This document shows positions 8,705 through 19,399 of a stretch of 64,000 nucleotides of DNA, piece by piece (the stretch's first letter is position 1; the number at the start of each line of letters is the position of its first letter). The notes beneath the pieces were generated by a model. That model made no database searches, had not been told where the DNA came from, and was given only the letters and a program-made list of their open reading frames with translations. Source of the stretch: Treponemataceae bacterium. GTDB lineage: Bacteria; Spirochaetota; Spirochaetia; Treponematales; Rectinemataceae. The position numbers and the translations under genes are program-made. Where the stretch lies: the NCBI GenBank assembly GCA_963678065.2, contig CAXXVZ010000003.1:1184001-1248000 (forward strand), in the 5' to 3' direction.

Positions 8705-8732
8705 TTCCCCTCCCCCGCAAGCGTTCCGGAAA

Positions 8733-10106
8733 CTACAGAATGTACTTGCTCAAATCCTGCCTCTCCGCGAAGTCGATAAATTTCGAGTCGACGTAGGCCG
8801 CGTCCACCACGACGCTGGTCCCCGCGCGGTCGGGAGCCTCGAAGGAGATGTCCTCGAGGAGTCTCTCCATGACCGTGTGGAGGCGCCTCGCGCCGATGTT
8901 TTCGGTGGTGGCGTTCGCCTGGGCGGCGATCGAAGCGACGCGGGAAACCGCTTCCGGCGAAATTTCGACACTGAGGCCTTCGGTCGCGAGGAGCTCCACG
9001 TACTGGGTCACGAGAGCGTTCTTCGGCTCGGTCAGTATCCTCTCGAAATCCCTGGCCGTGAGGTCCTCGAGCTCCACCCTGATGGGAAAGCGCCCCTGTA
9101 GCTCGGGTATGAGGTCTTCGGGCTTGGAGACGTTGAAGGCTCCCGCGGCTATGAAGAGGATGTGGGAGGTGTCGACGGGCCCCCACTTGGTCGAGACCGT
9201 CGAGCCCTCCACGATGGGCAGGATGTCCCGCTGCACGCCCTCGCGGGAGACGTCGATGCCGCCTGCGCTCCGGCCTTCCCGGTTGGCGATCTTGTCGAAC
9301 TCGTCGATGAAGACGATGCCCATCTCCTGGACGCGGCGCCTCGCCTCCTCGGCGGCGTTGTCGGAATCGACGAGCTTGTCCATCTCCTCGGCCTCGAGGA
9401 TGCGGCGGGCATCCGCCACGTTCACGGCTTTCTTCTTTTTCTTGCCGCCGAACATGGATGTGATGGAGCCGATGGCGGCCTCCATATCCTCCATCTTCGC
9501 GCCGGAGAATATTTCGAGCCCCGGCTGCTGAGCCTGGATGTTCAGTTCGACCTCGCGCTTGTCGAGGGCCCCTGAATGGAGAAGTTTGCGGAATTTCTCG
9601 CGGGAGTCCGTCTGAAAGCCGGTATCACCCGCGACATAGGTGGCCTGGGTGGGGCCTATGGGCTCGACCGAACCCTTGATCCCCGGCAAAAGGAGGTCGA
9701 GAAGCCTCTCCTCGGCCCTGCGCTTCGACTCCTCCTGCACTCCCTGGCGCATCTCTTCCTTGACGGCGGCGATGCCGGCGGCCATGAGGTCGCGTATCAT
9801 CGATTCGACATCGCGCCCGACATAGCCGACCTCGGTGTACTTGGTGGCCTCGACCTTGATGAAGGGGGCCCCGCAGAGCTTGGCGAGGCGCCGCGCGATC
9901 TCGGTCTTGCCGACGCCGGTGGGACCGATCATGAGGATGTTCTTGGGGATGATGTCGGCGCGCATGTCCTCGGAGAGACGCTGGCGGCGCATGCGGTTGC
10001 GCAGGGCGAGGGCTACCGCGCGCTTCGCCCTGGCCTGGCCGACGATGTAGCGGTCGAGTTCCCCGACTATCCATTTCGGGGTCATGCTCTCGAAGGAGAC
10101 GCTCAT
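8733..10106 (-). CDS. hslU: HslU ATP-dependent protease ATPase subunit
   Basis: [56 protein letters not shown]-terminus. Confidence 0.98.
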   Translation of the reverse strand: MSVSFESMTPKWIVGELDRYIVGQARAKRAVALALRNRMRRQRLSEDMRADIIPKNILMIGPTGVGKTEIARRLAKLCGAPFIKVEATKYTEVGYVGRDVESMIRDLMAAGIAAVKEEMRQGVQEESKRRAEERLLDLLLPGIKGSVEPIGPTQATYVAGDTGFQTDSREKFRKLLHSGALDKREVELNIQAQQPGLEIFSGAKMEDMEAAIGSITSMFGGKKKKKAVNVADARRILEAEEMDKLVDSDNAAEEARRRVQEMGIVFIDEFDKIANREGRSAGGIDVSREGVQRDILPIVEGSTVSTKWGPVDTSHILFIAAGAFNVSKPEDLIPELQGRFPIRVELEDLTARDFERILTEPKNALVTQYVELLATEGLSVEISPEAVSRVASIAAQANATTENIGARRLHTVMERLLEDISFEAPDRAGTSVVVDAAYVDSKFIDFAERQDLSKYIL

Positions 10107-10636
10107 TCGGCCACCTCCACCACGATCTTGTCGTTCGTGTAGATGCAGATGCCGCCCGCTATGCCGAGGCTGCGCCGGGCTATCTCGTCGGCGGCGAGGT
10201 CGGTCCCGTCGAGGTAGGCCAGGGCTGCGGCGTAGGCGTAGGGGCCGCCGGAGCCGATGGCGATGACGTTTTCCGCGGGCTCGATCACATCGCCCGTGCC
10301 GGAGAGGAGGAGGGCCTTATCCTTGTCGGCGACGAGGAGCATCGCCTCGAGCTTGCGCAGTATCTTGTCCGTGCGCCAGTCCTTCGCGAGCTCGACGGCG
10401 GCGCGGGTCAGGTCGCCCTGGTACTGCTCGATCTTCTTCTCGAAATGCTCGAAGAGGGTGAAAGCGTCGGCGGTCGCCCCCGCGAAGCCGCAGAGGATCT
10501 TGCCGCCGAAGGTCGTCCTGACCTTGCGGGCGTTGTTTTTCATGACGGTGTTGCCGAGGGTGACCTGTCCGTCCCCCGCCATGGCCATGCGGCCGTTGCG
10601 CTTGACCGCGATTATGGTTGTCGATCTGATCTTCAT
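10103..10636 (-). CDS. hslV: HslV protease subunit
   Basis: [37 protein letters not shown]. Confidence 0.98.
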   Translation of the reverse strand: MKIRSTTIIAVKRNGRMAMAGDGQVTLGNTVMKNNARKVRTTFGGKILCGFAGATADAFTLFEHFEKKIEQYQGDLTRAAVELAKDWRTDKILRKLEAMLLVADKDKALLLSGTGDVIEPAENVIAIGSGGPYAYAAALAYLDGTDLAADEIARRSLGIAGGICIYTNDKIVVEVAE

Positions 10637-11538
10637 CGTGTTTCTCCCTTCCTTGCCTTTCCCGCGTGCGGATGTGCATTTTCGTAGACACTGCGCAGTC
10701 GCGCCATGTCGACATGGGCGTATACCTGTGTAGTCGATACGCTCTCGTGCCCGAGAAGTTCCTGGACTATGCGGATATCGGCTCCATTCTCGACGAGATG
10801 GGTCGCGAAGCTGTGCCGGAACGCGTGGGGCGAAACCCTCTTCCTGACTCCGCTTTCAAGGCTCCTCCTGTCGACGATGAGCTCGATGCCGCGCTCGGTC
10901 AGCCTCGTTCCCCTCATGTTGATGAAAAGAGGTCCGGAGCCCGCACCGTAGCGTCGCGCCCTGTAGGGCAGGTAGGCCGCGAGGGCTCTGCGGGCCGGGG
11001 CGGCGAGGAAGACTATCCTCTCTTTAGCCCCCTTGCCGAGAACTATCGCGGTTCCGTTCCCGAGATCCAGCCTTTCGAGGGTCATCCCGGCGACCTCGCC
11101 GACGCGGCAGCCCGTGCTGTAGAGAACTTCGAGGAGGGCGCGGTCGCGGACCGAGCGGAAATCCTCGCCATCGACGCCGGAGATGATGTCGGTGATCTCT
11201 TCCTTGAAGAGGAAGCGCGGCAGAGGGCGCCCGGTCCCGAGGTTCTCGATGTCGCGCGAGGGGTCCTCGGTCATGAAGCCGAAGCGGACCCGGTAGCGGT
11301 AGTAGCCGCGGATCGAGGAGAGGGAGCGGTTCACGCTCGACGAGGCGAGGCCGCCCTGCACGAGAGAGGCGACAAAGTTCCGTATATCTGATGCCGCGAC
11401 CCTGTCGGGGTCCATGCCATCCAGATGGGTGGAAAAGTGTCCGAAGTCCTCGCGGTAGGAGCGGAGAGTCCGCTCGGCAAGTCCTCGCACGGACTCGAGA
11501 TAGGCGAGGTAGTCCTCAATCTTCGGGTCCATGTTCAT
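10633..11538 (-). CDS. xerC: Tyrosine recombinase XerC-type
   Basis: [31 protein letters not shown]...TTQVY catalytic residues; topA-xerC-hslVU context. Start at ATG 11538 or 11532. Confidence 0.9.
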   Translation of the reverse strand: MNMDPKIEDYLAYLESVRGLAERTLRSYREDFGHFSTHLDGMDPDRVAASDIRNFVASLVQGGLASSSVNRSLSSIRGYYRYRVRFGFMTEDPSRDIENLGTGRPLPRFLFKEEITDIISGVDGEDFRSVRDRALLEVLYSTGCRVGEVAGMTLERLDLGNGTAIVLGKGAKERIVFLAAPARRALAAYLPYRARRYGAGSGPLFINMRGTRLTERGIELIVDRRSLESGVRKRVSPHAFRHSFATHLVENGADIRIVQELLGHESVSTTQVYAHVDMARLRSVYENAHPHAGKARKGETR

Positions 11539-13783
11539 CCTCGTCGGTCTGGAAGTGGAGATAGTCACAGTCCGGATTGATGCAGGCTTTGTGTCCGCCC
11601 GTCTTGCGGTCCACCTTCTCCACGAGAGGCCAGCCACACTTCGGGCAGGGCGCGCCCGTCGGTTTGTCGTAGGTGATGAAATCGCACTCGGGATAGCGGT
11701 CGCAGCCGAAGAATTCCCTTCCGGCTCCCCTCGCCTTGCGCCTCGCGACGACATCGCCGCCGCATTTCGGGCACTTCGCGAGCGGAACGGAGCGGGTGTT
11801 CCGGCATTCCGGGAAACCGGTGCAGGCGAGGAAGAAGCCGAAACGCCCGAGTTTTTTGACCATGGGCTTGCCGCACTTCTCGCAGACGATGTCGGTGCTC
11901 TCGTCGAGGGTCCCGCGGTAGGATGCGAGGCTCTCCATGATCTCGTCGATGCGCTTCTTGAAAGGGCCGTAGAAGTCGCCTATGACCTTGACCCAGTCGG
12001 CGCGCGATTCGTCGACCTCGTCGAGCTTGGTCTCCATGAATGCGGTGAAGCCCGCCTCGACCACGGTCGGGAACGATTCGACGAGAATGTCGTTTATCAT
12101 CCTGCCGAGGGTGGTGGGCACGAGCTGACGCGTTTCCCTGGTGACGTAGTAGCGCTCGAGGAGAACGGAGATCGTGGGCGCGTAGGTCGAGGGGCGTCCG
12201 ATCCCCTGCTCTTCCATGGCCTTGATTATGGAAGCATCGGTGAAACGGGAGGGTCCCTGGGTGAAGTGCTGTTCGGGTTTGAGGCCCTCGACCTTGAGCT
12301 TTTCTCCCGCGACGAGGGGCGGGGCCGCGTGGGCTTCCTTGTCTTCGCGGGCGATCCCGACCTTGAGGACGGCGAAGAATCCCCTGTCCACGAGCCGTGA
12401 AGTCGAGGAGCGGAACACCGCGTCGCCGATGAGGATGTCGGAGCCCGTCACGGACATGCGCGCGCTGGCCATCTGACTCGCGACAAAGCGCTCCCATATG
12501 AGGGCATAGAGCTTGTACTGGTCTTTGGTGAGGGATTCCTTGATCGCGTCGGGAACGTAGTGGACAGTCGTCGGCCTGATGGCCTCGTGGGCGTCCTGGG
12601 CCTTGGCATCCTGAGCGTAGACGATAGGCGCATCGGGCAGGGCGCCGGGGAATTCCTTCGCTATGTAGCCGCGGACTTCCTCGATGGCGCCTGCGGAAAT
12701 CCTCGTCGAGTCGGTGCGCATGTAGGTTATGAGACCGATGCGTGTCGAGCCGACGTTGACGCCTTCATAGAGCTGCTGGGCAAGCTGCATGGTTTTCTTG
12801 CTCGTGAAGCCGAGGCGGTTGGCCGCCGTCTGCTGGAGCTTGGAGGTGGTGAAGGGAGCCTTGGGTTTCAGTATCCTCTCGCTCTCTTTGATCTCTCCGA
12901 CGACGGCGTCTTTGCCCTCGATATCCTTCACGATGGCGAGCACGTCCGCTTCAACGCCGAGCTCGGGCTTGGCGCCGCGGTAGAGGGCGAGTTCGGCCGA
13001 GAATCCTACCCTTCCTTTCTTGAATTCCGCGTCGAGGCTCCAGTACTCGGTGGGAATGAAGGATTCGACTTCTTTCTCCCGGTCGCAGATGAGGCGGAGG
13101 GCCACGGACTGGACGCGGCCGGCGGAGAGGCCGTTCTTCACCTTCTTCCATAGAAGTGGCGAGAGATTGTAGCCGACGAGACGGTCGAGGACACGGCGGG
13201 CTTTCTGGGCGTCGACCTTGGGGATGTCGAGGCTGTGGGGATTCTTGACCGCTTCCTTGATCGCCGCCGGGGTGATTTCGTTGAATATGATGCGCTCGCA
13301 GGGGAGTCCGGGGATCTTTTCCTGGAGGTATTTGCCGATCTGGAAGGCGATGGCCTCCCCTTCGCGGTCAGGGTCCGACGCGAGGAGGACGAGCTTGGCC
13401 TTTTTCGCGGCCTTGTGCAGGTCCTTGAGGAGGGCCGCCTTGCCGCGTATCGTCATGTACTCGGGCTCGAAGCCATTCTCCGTGTCGACGCCGAGGCGCG
13501 ATTTGGGCAGGTCGATGAGGTGTCCCATCGAGGCGAGGACGGTGTATTTCGATCCGAGATATTTTTCGATTGTCTTGGCCTTGGCGGGAGACTCGACGAT
13601 GACGAGTGTGCCTGAGGGAGCGGCCTTGGCGGTCTTTTCGGCCTTGGAACCCGCACTCTTTCCGGCGGCGGGAGTCTTTCTCGGCTTCGCCGCGCCCGCG
13701 GAGGCCTGGGCCGCCTTCGTCGGACCAGAGGTCCTGGCAGTCTTTTTCGTCGTCGCAGTCTTTTTTGTTCCTGTAGCTGCCAT
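11516..13783 (-). CDS. topA: DNA topoisomerase I with Lys/Ala-rich N-terminal tail and C-terminal zinc ribbons
   Basis: LVIVESPAKAKTI, DPDREGEAI, SAGRVQS, ITYMRTDS, GIGRPSTY, three CxxC ribbons. Confidence 0.98.
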   Translation of the reverse strand: MAATGTKKTATTKKTARTSGPTKAAQASAGAAKPRKTPAAGKSAGSKAEKTAKAAPSGTLVIVESPAKAKTIEKYLGSKYTVLASMGHLIDLPKSRLGVDTENGFEPEYMTIRGKAALLKDLHKAAKKAKLVLLASDPDREGEAIAFQIGKYLQEKIPGLPCERIIFNEITPAAIKEAVKNPHSLDIPKVDAQKARRVLDRLVGYNLSPLLWKKVKNGLSAGRVQSVALRLICDREKEVESFIPTEYWSLDAEFKKGRVGFSAELALYRGAKPELGVEADVLAIVKDIEGKDAVVGEIKESERILKPKAPFTTSKLQQTAANRLGFTSKKTMQLAQQLYEGVNVGSTRIGLITYMRTDSTRISAGAIEEVRGYIAKEFPGALPDAPIVYAQDAKAQDAHEAIRPTTVHYVPDAIKESLTKDQYKLYALIWERFVASQMASARMSVTGSDILIGDAVFRSSTSRLVDRGFFAVLKVGIAREDKEAHAAPPLVAGEKLKVEGLKPEQHFTQGPSRFTDASIIKAMEEQGIGRPSTYAPTISVLLERYYVTRETRQLVPTTLGRMINDILVESFPTVVEAGFTAFMETKLDEVDESRADWVKVIGDFYGPFKKRIDEIMESLASYRGTLDESTDIVCEKCGKPMVKKLGRFGFFLACTGFPECRNTRSVPLAKCPKCGGDVVARRKARGAGREFFGCDRYPECDFITYDKPTGAPCPKCGWPLVEKVDRKTGGHKACINPDCDYLHFQTDEDEHGPED

Positions 13784-13833
13784 GTTCGATAAATCTCCTG
13801 ATCCTTGGATGATCCCGGCCACGCCGGATCCCT

Positions 13834-14880
13834 TCACCGCATTTCCATGCCGAGCTCAAGCCGAAGTGCCTCTGCCTGAACCTGTCCCGGCCTGTCGCCT
13901 GAACCCGCAGAGCCGCGCGATTCCGGCCGATTCCTGCCACCGGACGCTGACTTGACCTCACCCACTCCGCCAGACTCCGCGCAGGGCAGGGCCAAGCCCC
14001 AGTCGCAAAGGAGTTCCCGCGCTCCGGAAAGGACTGGAGCGCCCGCGGCCGCCAGAGCGTCCGCCCCTGCGTTTCGCTGGCCTCCCGCGCAGTCTCCGTG
14101 CACCCAGACATCCCTTCCTTCCGAAAGAGCGTGCTCCGCGGTGATGAGGGCTCCCGAAACAGCCGGAGCTTCCACGACGACGCAGGCGCGCGCGAGCCCC
14201 GCGATGATCCTGTTGCGCTCCGGAAAACGGTATTTGTGGATTCCGGTGTCCGGAGGATACTCGGAGACGAGGCCGCCGCCCGATTCCAGGATTTCCGCCG
14301 CCAGGCTCCGGTTCGAGGGAGGATATATCCGATCGATCCCGCAGGGCAACACCGCCCAGGTATGGCCGCCGGAGCCGACCGCCCCGATAGCTCCGCGGTG
14401 TGCCGCCGAATCGATGCCGAGCGCGAGGCCGGAAATCACGGAAATTCCCGCGCGGATCAGAGCCCCGGCGAGACAGGCGGCCGCGGATAGTCCGGTGCCC
14501 GTCGGAGAGCGCGTCCCCACGATGGCCGCCGCCGGTTTTGCAGGATCGGGAAGCCCGCCCCGGAAGAAGAGTCCGACAGGCGGAACTGCGGTTTCGCGCA
14601 GGAGCGGGGGATACCGGACGTCGTCATAATGTACATACGAGATGCCCATGCGGTCAAAGAGCTCCAGATCCCGCGCCGCGAGGGCGATCGCCCGCGCAGG
14701 TTGCCAGCTGCCGGCGCTCTTCTCCCGCCCCGTGCAGGCCCTGATGTCGGCGGCAGTGAGGTTTTCAAGATCGCGGATGTCCCGGCAGAGGTCGGAGAGC
14801 AGTATCTTTTCTTCCCTCCGGAGTCCCTCGAGCCGGTGGATAGCGATGAGAAGGGTGGACTCGTCTCGCGTGTCGTGCAT
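13834..14880 (-). CDS. dprA: DNA-protecting protein DprA (Smf)
   Basis: YPPLL, IVGTR, VISGLALGIDSAAH, SEYP, FPERNRIIAGLA, VVEA..SGALITA. Start at ATG 14880 behind GAGGGGG. Confidence 0.95.
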   Translation of the reverse strand: MHDTRDESTLLIAIHRLEGLRREEKILLSDLCRDIRDLENLTAADIRACTGREKSAGSWQPARAIALAARDLELFDRMGISYVHYDDVRYPPLLRETAVPPVGLFFRGGLPDPAKPAAAIVGTRSPTGTGLSAAACLAGALIRAGISVISGLALGIDSAAHRGAIGAVGSGGHTWAVLPCGIDRIYPPSNRSLAAEILESGGGLVSEYPPDTGIHKYRFPERNRIIAGLARACVVVEAPAVSGALITAEHALSEGRDVWVHGDCAGGQRNAGADALAAAGAPVLSGARELLCDWGLALPCAESGGVGEVKSASGGRNRPESRGSAGSGDRPGQVQAEALRLELGMEMR

Positions 14881-14938
14881 GGTAAAGCCCCCTCTCCCTC
14901 TACGTCGCCGAAGCCCCGTTCCGATTGCGGATACGGCC

Positions 14939-15934
14939 CTACTGCCGCGGAAAATATTCTCCGTGGTACTCGGCGAGCCCCTCTTTCTCGATATGGGTGT
15001 AGATCTGCGTCGTCGTGATGTCCGAGTGACCGAGCAGCTCCTGCACCGTCCGGAGGTCCGCGCCGCCCTCGAGAAGGTGGGTGGCGAAGCTGTGACGGAA
15101 GGTGTGGACCTTGGCCGACACACCGGAAATATCGCGCACGCCGTCAAAGCGCTTCCATATTCCTTTGCGGGAGATCCCGTTCCCTGCCTGATTCAGGAAG
15201 ACGAGTTCGGACCTCTTGTTTTTTGCGAGGAGAGGACGCCCCTCCTCGAGATAGCGCGAAAGCCAGGCCGCGGCCTCTTCCCCGAAGGGCACGAGCCTCT
15301 CCTTGCGCCGTTTGCCGAGAACCCGCACGACCCGTTCGTCCAGGTAAAGCCTGTCGAAGGTCAGGCCCGCGGCCTCCGAAACGCGCAGGCCGCAGGAGTA
15401 GATGAGTTCGAAGAGCGCCCGGTCCCGGAGGCCGCGGGGACTCCCTGTTTCGACCGACGACAGGAAGTGGTTGATACTCTCGAGAGGGAGGACGGAAGGA
15501 AGGGTTTTCTCCTGCTTGGGAGTCAGGATGAGGGCTGTCGGATCATCGCTCCGTATCCCCTCCAGTCTGAGGAATTTGAAGATGGAGTGCAGGCTCGAGA
15601 CGATGCGGGCCATGGTTTTCCGGGACAGACCCGTCTTTTCGGCAGAGGGCGGCACAGGCGGTTTTGCTATCGGGTTTTCGTCCGCGGCAGCATCCACAGC
15701 CCTTCCCGGACCTGCCTCCCGCCCGCGCTCCTGAGCCGCAACGACCGGCGTCTTCTGGCGCCAGATGAGGTATTCGAGGATATCCCGGCTCTCCGCGCGC
15801 GCGATATCCTTTCCCCGCCGGTCGAGCCAGGCTTCGAGGACGAGATATTCGTGCACGTAGGCTTCCGCCGTCAGAGGCGAACGGCGGCGGGCCGCGAGGA
15901 GATAGGCCCTGTACCGGAGAGCCGGACCCGTCAC
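14939..15934 (-). CDS. xerD: Tyrosine recombinase XerD-type
   Basis: [52 protein letters not shown]. Probable GTG start at 15934, just after the ftsZ stop. Confidence 0.88.
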   Translation of the reverse strand: MTGPALRYRAYLLAARRRSPLTAEAYVHEYLVLEAWLDRRGKDIARAESRDILEYLIWRQKTPVVAAQERGREAGPGRAVDAAADENPIAKPPVPPSAEKTGLSRKTMARIVSSLHSIFKFLRLEGIRSDDPTALILTPKQEKTLPSVLPLESINHFLSSVETGSPRGLRDRALFELIYSCGLRVSEAAGLTFDRLYLDERVVRVLGKRRKERLVPFGEEAAAWLSRYLEEGRPLLAKNKRSELVFLNQAGNGISRKGIWKRFDGVRDISGVSAKVHTFRHSFATHLLEGGADLRTVQELLGHSDITTTQIYTHIEKEGLAEYHGEYFPRQ

Positions 15935-15936
15935 GC

Positions 15937-17229
15937 TCAGACCCCGGGCTTTTCGCCGGCGTAGCGGCGGTCGCGCAGCACGGTCGGAATGTCGAGCTCG
16001 GTGTTTTCGTCGGCGCCCGGAGCCCGCGTTCCGCGCTGGGGCACCGAGTTGAAAATCCTCTCCCACTCGTTCTGGGAAATGTTGCCCTCGTCGTTCTTCC
16101 GGACTTCCATCGGCTTGGCGGGGTTCTTGGCCACGTTCAAAGTCGGAGTCGCCGACGCAGTCGCCGCCTCGACGATTCTCGCGGCCACATCGTCGTTGCG
16201 CGCGAAGCCAGTGGCGATCACGGTGACCCTGACTTCGTCGCCCATCGACGGATCGATGATGAAGCCGGTGATGACGTGGGCGTCATCGTTGGCCTTCTCG
16301 GTGATGAGGTCGACGATTTCCTGGTACTCGATGAGGGAGAAATCCTCTCCGCCCGTCACGTTGACGAGGATATTCTTGGCTCCCTCGATGCGGGAGTCTT
16401 CGAGGAGGGGATTGTTCACGGCCTTGGAGGCCGCCTCGACAGCCCTGTTGTCTCCGGTGGCGGCGCCGATGCCCATGATCGCGTCGCCCTTCCCTTCCAT
16501 GATCGTCCTGACATCGGCGAAGTCGATGTTGATCTCGCCGGGCACGGTGATGAGGTCGGAGATGCCCTGCACGCCCTGGCGGAGAACCTCGTCCGCCATG
16601 CGGAAGGCTTCCTTGATCGGCGTCCGGCGCTCCACGATCTTGGTCAGATTCTGATTGGGGATGACGATGACGGTGTCGACGGCCTGGCGGAGTTTCTGGA
16701 GCCCCTCTTCGGCTATCCGGGAGACGACTTTTCCTTCGAAATTGAAGGGCTTGGTCACGACGCCTACGGTGAGCGCGCCGAGATCCCTCGCGATCTGCGC
16801 GATGACGGGCGCCGCTCCCGTGCCCGTTCCGCCGCCCATGCCCGAGGTCACGAAGACCATGTCTGCGCCGCGCAGCGCGTCCTCGATGGCGTCTCTGTCC
16901 TCAAGAGCGGCCTTCTCCCCGATATCGGGCTTTCCGCCCGCGCCGAGACCGCGCGTCACCTTCTCTCCGATGCCGAGCTTGATGTCGGCCTTCGAGAGAC
17001 GGAGCGCCTGAAGATCGGTGTTCACGACGATGAACTCGACATTGGAGAGTCCCCCGTCGATCATCCTGTTCACCGCGCTCGAGCCGCCGCCGCCCGCCCC
17101 GATCACCTTGATCACGGTCGGATTCACCGTCGGGAGCGCGGAGGAATCATCTTCCGCGATTTCCGTGTGCGACGTTCCCTTCGAAACCAATGATCCCGTT
17201 TTCCCCTCATCCACCATGGCGATTGTCAT
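15937..17229 (-). CDS. ftsZ: Cell division protein FtsZ
   Basis: [19 protein letters not shown] tubulin signature, INIDFADV, C-terminal LDIPTVLR. Confidence 0.99.
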   Translation of the reverse strand: MTIAMVDEGKTGSLVSKGTSHTEIAEDDSSALPTVNPTVIKVIGAGGGGSSAVNRMIDGGLSNVEFIVVNTDLQALRLSKADIKLGIGEKVTRGLGAGGKPDIGEKAALEDRDAIEDALRGADMVFVTSGMGGGTGTGAAPVIAQIARDLGALTVGVVTKPFNFEGKVVSRIAEEGLQKLRQAVDTVIVIPNQNLTKIVERRTPIKEAFRMADEVLRQGVQGISDLITVPGEINIDFADVRTIMEGKGDAIMGIGAATGDNRAVEAASKAVNNPLLEDSRIEGAKNILVNVTGGEDFSLIEYQEIVDLITEKANDDAHVITGFIIDPSMGDEVRVTVIATGFARNDDVAARIVEAATASATPTLNVAKNPAKPMEVRKNDEGNISQNEWERIFNSVPQRGTRAPGADENTELDIPTVLRDRRYAGEKPGV

Positions 17230-17277
17230 ACTCCCCTCCCCTCAAGGCAATATGTTGAAATGATCATGAAATCCTGT

Positions 17278-18531
17278 TCAGAAAAATCCGTTCTTTATCC
17301 AGGCCAATATCTTCCCGAGACCCGCGCTCCTCGTCTTGTCGGACTTGGGACCCAGCGGGCGGGATTGCGCACGCTGCGGAGCCGGCAGACTGTCGGCCCC
17401 CGAGAGCACCAGGCCGACAGCCGTCGAATACACGGGATTCCGGTACTCCTCCACGAGCCCGCCCATCGTGAGCGGCAGCCCCATCCGGACCGGCAGGCCG
17501 AAAATCTCCTGGGCCAGCTCGACGACTCCGGGCATCATGGCAGCGCCACCCGTCAGGATGACGCCCGACTTGATGTGGCCCCAGCAGTGCCCCTTGTTCT
17601 CGACCTGATCGCGCGACATGCGCAGGATTTCCTCGATGCGCGGCTTCACGATCGACGAGAGCTTGCGGCGCGTGATCTCCATGGGCGCCCTGCCGCCGAT
17701 GCCGGGAACGACGATAGTCTCGTCCGCGTCGATGGAGGCCGGCCAGCAGGATGCCGACTGGCGCTTGATGCGCTCGGCGGCGTCCATGGGCACGCTCAGC
17801 ATGATGGAGATGTCGTTCGTGACGTTGAGCCCGCCGACGGGCACGGCTCCCGTGAAGTAGGGCGCCCCGTTGGAGTAGACGAGGAGGTCTGTGGTGCCGG
17901 CCCCCATGTCGATCACGAGGCAGCCGAGATCCTTCTCGTCCTTGGACAGGACTGAACGGGCCGCCGCGAGGCTCTGGAGCTGAAGGCTCTCCACCTTGAA
18001 TCCCGCGCGGTTGACGCACTTCAGGAGATTCTGGACGGTGGTCACCGAGCCGGTCACGATGTGGACCTCGGCCTCCAGTCTCACGCCTATCATGTCGAGG
18101 GGATCGCGGATTCCCGCCTGGTCGTCCACGATGTAGGTCTGCGGAATGACGTGGATGACCTCGCGGTCCATAGGAATCACGACGGCCTTGGCCGCCTCGA
18201 GGACCCTGTCCACATCTTCCTGCGCGATCTCGCGCCCTTTGCCCGTGACGGCGACGACGCCCCGGGAGTTCAGGCTCTCGATGTTGGCTCCTGCGACGCC
18301 CACGATGCAGCTCTTGATCTCGCGGCCCGACATGAGCTCGGCGGCCTCGATGGCGGAGGCCACGGAGGCGAGTGTGGCTTCAATGTTGACGACGACGCCC
18401 CGACGAAGACCGGTCGAGGGAGCCACTCCCACGCCGATTATCTCGAGAACGCCATCATCGTTGTATTCCCCGACGACAGCCCTTGTGGAAGCCGTGCCGA
18501 CGTCGAGGCCGACGATCAGATTGTCAGCCAG
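17278..18531 (-). CDS. ftsA: Cell division protein FtsA (probable CTG start)
   Basis: The frame extends 33 codons above the tracked start to (L)ADNLIVGLDVGTASTRAVVGE, which holds the phosphate-1 motif. Also DMGAGTT, LTGGAA and an amphipathic WIKNGFF end. Confidence 0.96.
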   Translation of the reverse strand: MADNLIVGLDVGTASTRAVVGEYNDDGVLEIIGVGVAPSTGLRRGVVVNIEATLASVASAIEAAELMSGREIKSCIVGVAGANIESLNSRGVVAVTGKGREIAQEDVDRVLEAAKAVVIPMDREVIHVIPQTYIVDDQAGIRDPLDMIGVRLEAEVHIVTGSVTTVQNLLKCVNRAGFKVESLQLQSLAAARSVLSKDEKDLGCLVIDMGAGTTDLLVYSNGAPYFTGAVPVGGLNVTNDISIMLSVPMDAAERIKRQSASCWPASIDADETIVVPGIGGRAPMEITRRKLSSIVKPRIEEILRMSRDQVENKGHCWGHIKSGVILTGGAAMMPGVVELAQEIFGLPVRMGLPLTMGGLVEEYRNPVYSTAVGLVLSGADSLPAPQRAQSRPLGPKSDKTRSAGLGKILAWIKNGFF

Positions 18532-19399
18532 GTTGTCCCTCCTTTGTTCGGTACACGACGGTACCGGTGCGGAAGTCGACTTCCTCGATGGTGCCGGCGG
18601 AATGCCTGTCCTTGAGGATGTCGAGTACCAATATGACGGAACGAAGCGTTTTTTCGTCCAGAACCGCCTGCGTCCTCACCGGGATGGGAACGTGGACGGG
18701 ATAGAGCAGAAGTTCGATGTCGCCGGCGGCGAGCCGGACGATCCTGATCTCGGAGAAGGCGGAGATGAGGGCAGGCGCCGTCGTCTCGAGGTTTTTCAAG
18801 CCCGCGAGGACGGGCAGGAGCTCGGCGGGCAGACGCTGTCCGGGCATAAAATTCTCGAACTGGACACCGGAGACGACGGGAAGCCCCGCGGGGGATTCGT
18901 CGGCGTAGGCGTAGACGACGCCCAGGGCATCGACGAGGACGGGCCTCAGGCCCCTGTCGGTCTGGACGAGGAGACAGGCCACAGGCTTGCGCTCCGTGAC
19001 CATGACGGCGAGTGTCGTGGGCAGAACCCTGGATACCCTGACCCTCTCGATGCGGGGCTCGGCGGCCAGTCTGCGCTGTATGGCGGGAATGTCGACGGTC
19101 ACGATGTTCTCGTTGCCGCCGAGCGCCGCAACCGCGAGGATATCGGCCTCGGGTATTGTCACGTTCCCGGTGACCTGGACCTGGGTTATCCGGAGGGCGG
19201 GCGGAAGATAGATCCAGGCCGCGTAGCCTGCCCCAGCAAGAATGGCGAGAACGAGTACGGCTCTGAGTGTCCGGACGAAGTATCCGGGAGAGCGGTCGCG
19301 GGATGCTTTCCGCAAGCCCGAGTCCTGATTCCGCGGTGAAATTTTCCCCTGTTTCGGATTCGTCTTCATCGTCGACATGCGGGCGGCGTAATCAGACAC
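18524..19399 (-). CDS. ftsQ: Cell division protein FtsQ/DivIB
   Basis: Single TM, POTRA domain (ITQVQVTGN...VSRVLPTTLAVMVTERKPVA), C-terminal VDFR; upstream of ftsA. Confidence 0.92.
   Translation of the reverse strand: MSDYAARMSTMKTNPKQGKISPRNQDSGLRKASRDRSPGYFVRTLRAVLVLAILAGAGYAAWIYLPPALRITQVQVTGNVTIPEADILAVAALGGNENIVTVDIPAIQRRLAAEPRIERVRVSRVLPTTLAVMVTERKPVACLLVQTDRGLRPVLVDALGVVYAYADESPAGLPVVSGVQFENFMPGQRLPAELLPVLAGLKNLETTAPALISAFSEIRIVRLAAGDIELLLYPVHVPIPVRTQAVLDEKTLRSVILVLDILKDRHSAGTIEEVDFRTGTVVYRTKEGQPG

Noticed and set aside
8701..9186. Minus-strand ORF bridging hslU and fliF as a possible flgB/flgC/fliE relic
   Set aside because: It lies almost entirely within hslU in another frame and shows no rod-protein motifs.
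10633..15934. Two tyrosine recombinases flanking dprA-topA as a possible integrative element
   Set aside because: Both look like housekeeping XerC/XerD in the conserved dprA-topA-xerC-hslVU context; no att sites or cargo genes seen.
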